DNA of 52,229 bases, counting the filler, from Candidatus Woesearchaeota archaeon (GTDB lineage: Archaea; Nanobdellota; Nanobdellia; Woesearchaeales; WJIZ01), in the NCBI GenBank assembly GCA_018221205.1. It is 4 parts of 4 records of this genome, joined end to end, with 100 filler letters (N's around TTAATTAATTAA, not from the genome) between each part and the next. Parts side by side here need not be neighbours in the genome. Positions count along the whole stretch, not along the records: positions 1 to 4,937 come from JAAOYF010000021.1; positions 5,038 to 13,046 come from JAAOYF010000022.1; 2 more parts are not named here. One strand, 5' to 3'. Positions 1-7,760 of the stretch are shown here, in pieces. Numbering within the stretch: position 1 is the stretch's first letter; the number at the start of each line of letters is the position of its first letter. The notes under the pieces are model-generated. The model was not told the DNA's origin. It worked only from the letters and a program-made list of their open reading frames with translations, and did not search any database. The translations under genes were made by a program, and so were the position numbers.

Positions 1-17
1 AAAAAAATTAAGGGCCC

Positions 18-266
18 ATGGTAAAGAACCGTCATCTAGACACCATACTGAAAGTGATAGTGGTCTCAGCCATCGTCCACATTATCATACTCATAATATC
101 CGCAATAAAGGAAAGAAGCCTCACAAGCCTTAATTATTTCAATATTCTTGACATCCATTTATTGTATCCGGCAATCACCACTAGCAGTATAGCCGGCTGG
201 CTCGCTCTCCTTGTACCGATAATCCTCTACATAGTGATCTATACCACATTTAGCAAGAAAAAATAG
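18..266 (+). CDS. Small membrane protein (2 TM), unknown function
   Basis: 82-aa ORF with two hydrophobic segments; converges on the next gene with a 1-nt gap. Confidence 0.6.
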   Translation: MVKNRHLDTILKVIVVSAIVHIIILIISAIKERSLTSLNYFNILDIHLLYPAITTSSIAGWLALLVPIILYIVIYTTFSKKK

Positions 267-267
267 A

Positions 268-1188
268 TTACTGTATCAATTCTGATTCAAGCCTGCATGC
301 ATTGCATATCTTCCCAGAACAGGCATCACCGCACTTCTCACAATAAGAAAAAGCCTTTTTCCCCTTATATTTCTCTTTAAGCAAAGGAAGAATCTCTAAA
401 AAACCATTCACCATCCCGTTTTTTGTGCCAGGATATCTCTCCTCTAGTTCATTCAATTTATCTCTAATAACAGACCGATAAGACAAATGGATATTAGGGC
501 ATTCTGCAAAATTAACCTTGAATCCTTTCAGGAAAGTATACAACCGGGTCTCTTTCTCAGACACAAAATACAATGGCTTTACTCTAGGAACAAATTTCTC
601 ATTCAGATTCAACCCAGTTATCGGTCCCAGAGAAGCATTGTGCCCCATATTCCCCAATAAAGAGTTCATCATGAAACTTTGGCTCTCATCATCAAGATTA
701 TGCCCAGTAACAAGTTTAGTCGCCTCAAGCTTCCGGGCTGCTCTGTTCAGATCAGTCCTTCGCAATATTCCGCAGACAGTGCAGGGCTTTTTGTTCAATT
801 TCTTCATCGCTTTCTCTCTGATATCATCAAGAGTAGAGCCATGATTCTCTTTGAATGAGGTGATATGCAGCCTAATATCGTGCTCTTTACAGAATGCCCG
901 TAGATCATCAAGAGTATGGTCCCGATAGCCTTTGATGCCTTCGTCTATGGCCAGAGCAAAGAATTCTATCTTATACTTCCTGCAGTATAGCATCGTACAG
1001 TATAGAACAGCCAAAGAATCCTTTCCCCCAGAAGCTGCAACACAGATCTTGTCTCCTTCCGAGATAAGATCATATTTCTTGATAGTATCAGCTACTTTCT
1101 TCTCAAAATATCTAAGAAAATGATCCTTGCACAGCCGTAATCCAAGATGATCATACACAGCTTTCTGTTCGCACTTTAGACAGTTCAT
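268..1188 (-). CDS. ncsA: tRNA 2-thiolation protein, Ncs6/TtuA/CTU1 (TIGR00269-like) family
   Basis: N-terminal CxxC..CxxH, PP-loop SGGKDS, CTVCG, GHNLDD, C-terminal CxxC/CxxC zinc finger; coupled to an upstream ubiquitin-like gene. Confidence 0.9.
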   Translation of the reverse strand: MNCLKCEQKAVYDHLGLRLCKDHFLRYFEKKVADTIKKYDLISEGDKICVAASGGKDSLAVLYCTMLYCRKYKIEFFALAIDEGIKGYRDHTLDDLRAFCKEHDIRLHITSFKENHGSTLDDIREKAMKKLNKKPCTVCGILRRTDLNRAARKLEATKLVTGHNLDDESQSFMMNSLLGNMGHNASLGPITGLNLNEKFVPRVKPLYFVSEKETRLYTFLKGFKVNFAECPNIHLSYRSVIRDKLNELEERYPGTKNGMVNGFLEILPLLKEKYKGKKAFSYCEKCGDACSGKICNACRLESELIQ

Positions 1189-1376
1189 CCTCCTGAAACC
1201 ACCGATAGAATCTTAACTTCATCAGTCTCAGAGAGCTTTTCTTCAGGGAGGATGACTTCATTGTTCTTCACTAAAAGAACAGTGGCTGGATTTATCTGCA
1301 AACTATCAAGAAGTTCTTTGCCTGTCTTGGCTTCAAGCTCTAACAGCTTGTTTTCCCGTTCAATAAAAGCTTTCAT
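1185..1376 (-). CDS. Ubiquitin-like sulfur carrier (ThiS/MoaD/SAMP family)
   Basis: 63 aa ending VVSGG; 4-nt overlap with the thiolase gene. Confidence 0.9.
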   Translation of the reverse strand: MKAFIERENKLLELEAKTGKELLDSLQINPATVLLVKNNEVILPEEKLSETDEVKILSVVSGG

Positions 1377-1421
1377 CTGAGACTAGTCCCCAGTAACAAC
1401 CAGAAAATCCTGCAATCTTTT

Positions 1422-1486
1422 AAAGATATCGAAATACGAAGTGATTCGTATCTTCAAAATTTTTCAAATTTTGAAAGATATCGAAA
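1422..1486. repeat. Double-hairpin palindromic element bounded by 13-bp direct repeats
   Basis: AAAGATATCGAAA at 1422-1434 and 1474-1486; hairpins ATACGAA-GTGA-TTCGTAT and TTCAAAATTT-TTC-AAATTTTGAA between them. Confidence 0.6.
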
Positions 1487-1519
1487 AAATATAAATACTA
1501 CTTGTTCCAAGATGCCTTT

Positions 1520-2071
1520 ATGAAGAAGGTGATAGTGCTCCTTATTGCCAGCATGGTCCTGCTTTCAGCCTGCCAGATCCTCTTTCCAGAAAAAAAAGTA
1601 GCGCTGCCGCCTCCTGCTCCTGCTCCTCCTGAGCCCGTTGTAGAGAAACCAAGACTGCCAGAGATAACATTGCAGAAAGACAACGAAGTGAATACCACTA
1701 TTGAGATCTTTGATCTCGAACCGATCTGCAAGTATGGTGAGCATGGTGTTGAACTGCATTTCAAAGTGGAGACTGTTCCTGAAGATATCCTCATACAAGT
1801 GAAAGAGGCAGGAAAGAAATATGAGACCTATATAGACCGGAAAGGTGTGTATGAGAAATATATCTACATCGCCATCTGTGAAGACTGTCCTGCCCGGGAT
1901 TGGGATTTCAGGCTTGACTTCAATAAGAGCTATATCCTGAGAGCACGCTTCAACCAGATGCCTGCATACCATCGTTATGACTATAGCAATGAATACTTCA
2001 TCAATACCACTCCTGATTCTGAATACATGACCCCGGTCTGCGAAGAATACATCAAGATAGCGAGATGGTGA
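1520..2071 (+). CDS. Putative lipoprotein
   Basis: MKK + hydrophobic stretch + LSAC lipobox, then a Pro-rich linker; ATG at 1520 preferred over TTG at 1502. Confidence 0.7.
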   Translation: MKKVIVLLIASMVLLSACQILFPEKKVALPPPAPAPPEPVVEKPRLPEITLQKDNEVNTTIEIFDLEPICKYGEHGVELHFKVETVPEDILIQVKEAGKKYETYIDRKGVYEKYIYIAICEDCPARDWDFRLDFNKSYILRARFNQMPAYHRYDYSNEYFINTTPDSEYMTPVCEEYIKIARW

Positions 2072-2074
2072 TCA

Positions 2075-2926
2075 CTATAAAGATTGGACTATTCTCTCCA
2101 CTGTTTCTTGGAAAACATGCATATGTTCATATTCAGAATCCAATCTAAATTCCATGCCAGGATCATGTAGCGGATTTCTTTCAAGCTGCATGAACGCTGG
2201 CGTAATGGGTATGGGAGTCAAAGCTACTACACTACGCCATCCTTCTTCTACATTAACTGCTGCTGGAAATAGCCAGCGTGTAGTAGCAAACGGTTGTCTT
2301 GGACTCTGAATTGCTCCAAGCATTTCTCCAGGTATTCCCCGAGCGTCCAAATCCAATTGTGCAGCAAGATAATTAATGTCTGTACCCCCAGTTGGTTCAG
2401 CGACATCGCGTCCAATATATACAATCTCTCCAGGGAGTAGCAGTGACAATTGCTTGTCTCTTAATTCATTTAAATAATCATTAGCATCACCAGTTGAACC
2501 TAAGCGCTCTTTCGCTGCCAATCTAGCCCCCAGATTTGGGGCTAATCTATGTAAATCATGACCTGCTGCATCATCAAGAAGAACAGTGGGGAAAAGTGCA
2601 GTTGGATACTCTTTTCCAAGGTATTCTGCTAATCCAGAAATAAGTGTCTTGTAATCAGTAAAAGGAACTACTACCATGCCTATTTGTTCTGCAATGTCCT
2701 GATGTTGAGAAGAACGTGTGAGGACTACATGAGATGGTGCATCCTTCTGCCACCTGGAGAGAGATCCTTCCATTTCCTGTCTAAAGTCTCCACCATCAAA
2801 AACAGCAACAGAATATGGGCTTCCTGCATCCTTGAAATGGTCGTACAGACGTGTAATGAAACGTGGAGCGCCCTCATTTAAAGGATTATCCTGGCCTAAA
2901 TCCATTACCATAACCTCTATAGCCAT
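2075..2926 (-). CDS. Hypothetical protein (ORFan-like)
   Basis: 283-aa ORF with a TATA-like TTTATATA ~25 nt upstream (leaderless); no recognised motif. Confidence 0.65.
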   Translation of the reverse strand: MAIEVMVMDLGQDNPLNEGAPRFITRLYDHFKDAGSPYSVAVFDGGDFRQEMEGSLSRWQKDAPSHVVLTRSSQHQDIAEQIGMVVVPFTDYKTLISGLAEYLGKEYPTALFPTVLLDDAAGHDLHRLAPNLGARLAAKERLGSTGDANDYLNELRDKQLSLLLPGEIVYIGRDVAEPTGGTDINYLAAQLDLDARGIPGEMLGAIQSPRQPFATTRWLFPAAVNVEEGWRSVVALTPIPITPAFMQLERNPLHDPGMEFRLDSEYEHMHVFQETVERIVQSL

Positions 2927-2993
2927 AAGAGAAGAGAAGAATAAAGGATATATAAAGCTTTCTAATTGTTACTACTTAATAGTTAAAATTAAA

Positions 2994-4937
2994 TCAATTT
3001 ATCCTAAAATCAATCTTATCATTTGCCAAAACAATCATACTTGTTGTCAATCCTTCAGTATATTTCTCTATCTCCTTGCTCATGTTCACAAATCCCTTGG
3101 TCTTGATATGGGGCATGCCCATCATCACCAGGTCAGCATAATGTGATTTCTCTTTGATCAGCTGAGGAATCTTCTTCCGCTTCTCGACAATGACATTGAT
3201 GCTGATATTATCGATACGTGAATCTGCAGTGAGTTTATGCAGCTTGTTCCAATACGTTGCATACTCTTTTTCATCCCTGACAACCTTGAACAGTCTGATT
3301 GCAGCATCATGCGCCTTCCATACTTTGGAATGGGTTATCAGATATGCAATGAGCATCATGAGGTTGCCGTCATCAGGATTGTCCCACCATACATCCACAT
3401 ACTTGAAATCAGAGAATCCTGAGACATTACGCAGAATGATAACATTCTTCTTCAATCGAGCAGCCAGGCTGGTCAATCTCTCAGTATCATAGCAGGTGTC
3501 ATAGTCGATCAATGCAGTATTGACAGGTAAGTTGCCGATAGTTTCAGATTGCAGCATCGTCTCTACTGTCTCAGTGAAATTGCTGGATTCGATGACTCTC
3601 GGGAAGAGATCAAGATCATTCTCCTTGATATAACGCTTCATATCCTCCTCGACATGCTCCCGCAATCTGACATTCTTCTCCACTTTGCCACCCATAAGGT
3701 AGTAATATTTCATGATTCCCCTGTTGGCGCCTATCCAATCCAATAAAGAGAACATGGTCGTCCTGTTGACATCCTTCACACCGAAAGCGACGATGGTCGG
3801 CCGCCAATTCTTCTTGCTCTTCTCGGTCTTCTCGATCTTGTTCAGCACTCCTCGCAAGAACTGGAACAGCACTCCATCCCACACGCTCTCTAATTTAATG
3901 CTCGTCTTAGTCCGATACAGCAGGAAGAACACGAATGCCTGGAACAGCACGCTGATGATCATCACCCAGGGATTGAATAGCCACATGATCCCGTAGCAGA
4001 TGATAAAACCGTAGAAAGAGATGATAAGGGGACTGTTGAAGGCTGGTCTATAGCTGGGGTTGCTCGAAAGCTTCTCAAAAAAGGCAGCACCATTGATCCA
4101 TCCGTATACATTGAGGAAAAATATCGTGACCAGTATAGAGACAAAATCAAGGCTTCCATACCAGACAACGATCAATGCTATAACAGTGCTGACTATCAAT
4201 GCGACACGTGGCTCAGAACTCTGGCCGATGGATTTTGAGAGGAACTTTGACCTTGTCGGCAGGATGCCGTCATCGCTCAGCGCTCTCAACGTTCTAGGAG
4301 AAGACATGAAATAACTCAAGGCGCTTGAGGAAGTAGCAAGCAATATGCCTAGAATGACCAGTCCAGGAAACAATGCGATCTCTTGTGCAACATGCGGATT
4401 CGAGAAGAGTAGACTCAAAGGTGCTACTGATGTTAATTTCATCGCCAAAGTGACATAGACGATCATAGTGATGATGATTGCAGTGAAGGTTCCCCTCACC
4501 AGACTGCGTTGTGCATTCTTCAGATTGCCGCTCATGCCCACACCGGCATCTATACCTGTTACAGCCGGAAAGAATAAGGCGAACGCGACCCAGAAAGTGA
4601 TTGTCGCTGGAGCCATAAGTTCTTGGTTGACGACCGTGCCTTGTCCTAAAAAGATGCTCACCAAAGAGAGGATGATGACACCGAAGATAAGATATTGTAG
4701 CTTCACAACAAAACGGGCGCCGATAAAGGCGATGATCGCAAAAGCGATAAGGGCAAAGGCAGCTATGATGATCTCATCAACCACAATATTGAACATGGCA
4801 AAGACCGAAAGCATGCCCCTGGCAAAAGCAATGGCATAGAAGCTCAAAGCAACGGTCTGGGCAAGATAGAGCTGTACTCCAAGGCTGCCTCCGAATTCAC
4901 TCCCCAGACTGCGTGAGATAAGATAATATAATCCCCC
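2994..4937 (-). CDS. Amino-acid permease / SLC12 cation-chloride cotransporter-like protein, 5'-truncated by gap
   Basis: Frame stays open to the gap and encodes GGLYYLISRSLGSEFGGSLG; also FFPAVTGI..G..MSG, KNWRP, DVWW and a cytoplasmic C-terminal domain. Confidence 0.85.
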   Translation of the reverse strand, partial: GGLYYLISRSLGSEFGGSLGVQLYLAQTVALSFYAIAFARGMLSVFAMFNIVVDEIIIAAFALIAFAIIAFIGARFVVKLQYLIFGVIILSLVSIFLGQGTVVNQELMAPATITFWVAFALFFPAVTGIDAGVGMSGNLKNAQRSLVRGTFTAIIITMIVYVTLAMKLTSVAPLSLLFSNPHVAQEIALFPGLVILGILLATSSSALSYFMSSPRTLRALSDDGILPTRSKFLSKSIGQSSEPRVALIVSTVIALIVVWYGSLDFVSILVTIFFLNVYGWINGAAFFEKLSSNPSYRPAFNSPLIISFYGFIICYGIMWLFNPWVMIISVLFQAFVFFLLYRTKTSIKLESVWDGVLFQFLRGVLNKIEKTEKSKKNWRPTIVAFGVKDVNRTTMFSLLDWIGANRGIMKYYYLMGGKVEKNVRLREHVEEDMKRYIKENDLDLFPRVIESSNFTETVETMLQSETIGNLPVNTALIDYDTCYDTERLTSLAARLKKNVIILRNVSGFSDFKYVDVWWDNPDDGNLMMLIAYLITHSKVWKAHDAAIRLFKVVRDEKEYATYWNKLHKLTADSRIDNISINVIVEKRKKIPQLIKEKSHYADLVMMGMPHIKTKGFVNMSKEIEKYTEGLTTSMIVLANDKIDFRIN

Positions 4938-5037
4938 NNNNNNNNNNNNNNNNNNNNNNNNNNNNNNNNNNNNNNNNNNNNTTAATTAATTAANNNNNNN
5001 NNNNNNNNNNNNNNNNNNNNNNNNNNNNNNNNNNNNN
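4938..5037. other. Artificial contig linker (N-TTAATTAATTAA-N)
   Basis: 100-nt spacer of Ns with a six-frame stop linker. Confidence 0.98.
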
Positions 5038-5231
5038 AACCTAAATAAACTTACCCCTCAAATTACATCTTTAAGAATACTTTCTAAATTATAAACCTTT
5101 CCTATTTATTATATAGAAAACAACTATCTTCTTAAAATAATTATCAAGTGGTGGCAAAGAATCCAAATAGATTAAAGATCTCATCAATAAAAAGCATGGT
5201 CGAGGCACATATATTAGACATAGGCAGTGAA

Positions 5232-6689
5232 TTAATATTCGTCTCGAATCTGTTCAAGAGTTTGTGAATCTAAACGTATCAGTCTCTCTTCGAACTTAGA
5301 AATATCATCAAGTTTGCTTATTTCTTTGCTTAAGTATCTACTTAATTGCGTTTCCAATTCTATTAACCTCCTAAAATCTACTTCTTGATTGTTCTTTGCC
5401 CTAATTGCTAAATCAATAAAACCAATAGCTTTTGTATTATCTCCACCCTCAACAGCTTGAGCGCACGACTCTAAAGAATTTAAGAACTCATTCTCTTTGG
5501 TTTTTAGAGCGTTGGCAAGGGGGATAAGTTCAGTATCTATTTCAGCTTTTGTTCTATTAACAGCATTCAACAACGATGTACAAAATTCTGTAATCTTATG
5601 ATCAATATTTGCTTCATCAGCAAAGGTATGACTACGATTTCTCAAGTTCTCCAGTGCAGTTGTAAATTTCCTCTGTAAATTAAATCCAGTACTCAAATGT
5701 TTTGATTCACCTACAATTAATTTCTCAATCTTTTTTATCGCCTCCTGAAGCCTATTATCGATTATTTGAATTCTTCCTTCTTTTTTCCCTACTTTTTTTA
5801 TGGCTTTAATTATTTCTTCTTTTATTTGTTCTTTAGTAAGATTCTTTTGCCTCAATCCAGCAGTAGTTATTTTTCTCTTTCCCTCAATAATCTCTTTTAA
5901 TTTCTTTAAGTCCTTTACTGTACCTCCTATGTTCTCTAGAGCATTTTGTTCCAATGCCATCAACCACTTTAAGTACTCTTTTTGGCTCCAAGCCAAGTCA
6001 CGAGCCTTAGCAGACTCTTTTTCGGATTCACTATCTGCTTTCTTTTTACTCACCCAAAGCGGAGCCTTATCAGCACCATGACCTTTCACCAAGCTTCCAG
6101 TGCCTTCAAAGAACGCGATCAAACCAAGGAACAAAAGAACAACAGCCGCAATCTTGATCCAATAACCAGCCTCAATATCCTGCAATAAGCTTCCTGAGCT
6201 ATTATCAATAGCAGCGGCAAAGAACAGGAGCAGCATCGCCAAAAAAACGTACACAATTCCCTTCAGCCAACCTTCCCACTTTTTGCCGCCGAACACTTTT
6301 TTGTTAAAAAACCAGATGAATGCAACAGGTAAAAGTATCAATAAAGCAGCAACCAACCACCCATACAGCTTAAAGATGATCAAAACAATGCTGTTAGGCA
6401 TCAACGCCACACCGATTAAAGCCATGATGAAAGCGATTACACCAACTAGTCGATTATTATCATGGAGCACCTTCTTCAGCGAAGCGTAAAATAAGGCAAA
6501 AACAACAATCCACAAGAGAAATTTGACAAAGACCAGTGCCATGATGTCTTGATTCTTCACGCCGTCAGGCAGCTGATGAAAGAGATACTCAAAAAAATTC
6601 TCGATAGGATCGGGAATGAAGGATGCAGCATACAGGAACGGACTTAAAAGGACCATAAAAAAGCCATAGGGCATGATTTTTTTCTTCAT
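5232..6689 (-). CDS. Multi-TM N-terminal module plus long coiled-coil C-terminus
   Basis: About 5-6 hydrophobic helices in the first ~195 aa, then a charged helical region; N-terminus paralogous to that of 7757..10753. Confidence 0.75.
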   Translation of the reverse strand: MKKKIMPYGFFMVLLSPFLYAASFIPDPIENFFEYLFHQLPDGVKNQDIMALVFVKFLLWIVVFALFYASLKKVLHDNNRLVGVIAFIMALIGVALMPNSIVLIIFKLYGWLVAALLILLPVAFIWFFNKKVFGGKKWEGWLKGIVYVFLAMLLLFFAAAIDNSSGSLLQDIEAGYWIKIAAVVLLFLGLIAFFEGTGSLVKGHGADKAPLWVSKKKADSESEKESAKARDLAWSQKEYLKWLMALEQNALENIGGTVKDLKKLKEIIEGKRKITTAGLRQKNLTKEQIKEEIIKAIKKVGKKEGRIQIIDNRLQEAIKKIEKLIVGESKHLSTGFNLQRKFTTALENLRNRSHTFADEANIDHKITEFCTSLLNAVNRTKAEIDTELIPLANALKTKENEFLNSLESCAQAVEGGDNTKAIGFIDLAIRAKNNQEVDFRRLIELETQLSRYLSKEISKLDDISKFEERLIRLDSQTLEQIRDEY

Positions 6690-6761
6690 TATTCGTCAAA
6701 CTATCTTAAGTCCTTCTTCTGTTGCGAGATATTTAAATGTTTCTCTGAGAAAGATTTATAT

Positions 6762-7127
6762 ATGCTACCTCCTAGAGACAGAATAATGAAAATCATGGTT
6801 ACCCTATTGTCAGCAATAATCATCATAGCTGGCCTTTTTCCGATTCTTGGAGAGAATTCTCCTTTTCCCCTAGTAGGGAATGCCTATTACATCGCCCTGG
6901 CCATCGTCGGATTAGTAGTCATCATCATGGGCATCCAGAATAAATTATTGATGGCCTTTGAGAAATTCTTCCTTGTTTTGCAGGGCATTATTGTCTTAGG
7001 ACTAGCACTCTTACCATTCTTCCCTGCTTTATTCTCTACTTTGCCCAGAACAGGGGTCTTGTATGCAGGAATCATCATAATAGTAGGGGCCATTGGACTG
7101 TTATATGGACTGAAAGGCGCTGCATAG
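6762..7127 (+). CDS. 4-TM small membrane protein
   Basis: 121 aa, two internally similar TM hairpins. Confidence 0.7.
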   Translation: MLPPRDRIMKIMVTLLSAIIIIAGLFPILGENSPFPLVGNAYYIALAIVGLVVIIMGIQNKLLMAFEKFFLVLQGIIVLGLALLPFFPALFSTLPRTGVLYAGIIIIVGAIGLLYGLKGAA

Positions 7128-7173
7128 AAAACTTTATATAACCACTTTCTAAAGAATACAAAAGGTGATACTA

Positions 7174-7305
7174 ATGAATAAAAAAGGGTTCATTTTACAT
7201 CCAGGCGTCTGGATTTTAGGTGCGTTTGTTCTAGGATTTGCTGTCGCATGGCTTATGGCGAGAGGAGTCATACCATTAGCATTACCGATTTGCCCAGGAG
7301 GATGA
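7174..7305 (+). CDS. 43-aa micropeptide with class III (prepilin-like) signal motif; not in the ORF track
   Basis: AGGTGA RBS at 7163-7168; MNKKG|FILHPGVWILGAFVLGFAVAWLMARGVIPLALPICPGG; its terminal GGAGGA serves as RBS for 7311. Confidence 0.7.
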   Translation: MNKKGFILHPGVWILGAFVLGFAVAWLMARGVIPLALPICPGG

Positions 7306-7310
7306 TATAA

Positions 7311-7760
7311 ATGCAAGTAGCAAATATGCAAGGTGCAGCTGGAGCTGCAGCAGCCCGTCTGAAAACGATGGGCGAACGACCTCTCACGATGGTCAAAAAG
7401 ATGTATAAAGATAGCAGAGATCTGTTTCATGAAGAAGTTATTCTAGAAAAAAGCGAAGACCAGATCGAAACAGCACTACACTCTCGTGCACTGGAAAAAC
7501 TAAGGGCAGGAGACAAAGCTGCAATCCAAGATCTGATTAAATTAGTGGGTACATCCAAGGATCTCTTCACTGTCGAAGCAGCATTCTTTGGACATCTCAT
7601 AACTAGATTGGCAAAAGTCATCCAGGAAGAAAAGCAAGCTGGAAAGATAAATCCCGAAGTGGAACAAGATATAGCAAAACTCGAAACATTTCTGAGGAAA
7701 TTTCAGCAAATCATGGACCAATTTGGCTCTACTATAAGCTCAGAAGCGCATTCAATTTAA
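7311..7760 (+). CDS. Alpha-helical hypothetical protein
   Basis: 149-aa ORF with RBS; stop overlaps the stop of the convergent gene. Confidence 0.7.
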   Translation: MQVANMQGAAGAAAARLKTMGERPLTMVKKMYKDSRDLFHEEVILEKSEDQIETALHSRALEKLRAGDKAAIQDLIKLVGTSKDLFTVEAAFFGHLITRLAKVIQEEKQAGKINPEVEQDIAKLETFLRKFQQIMDQFGSTISSEAHSI

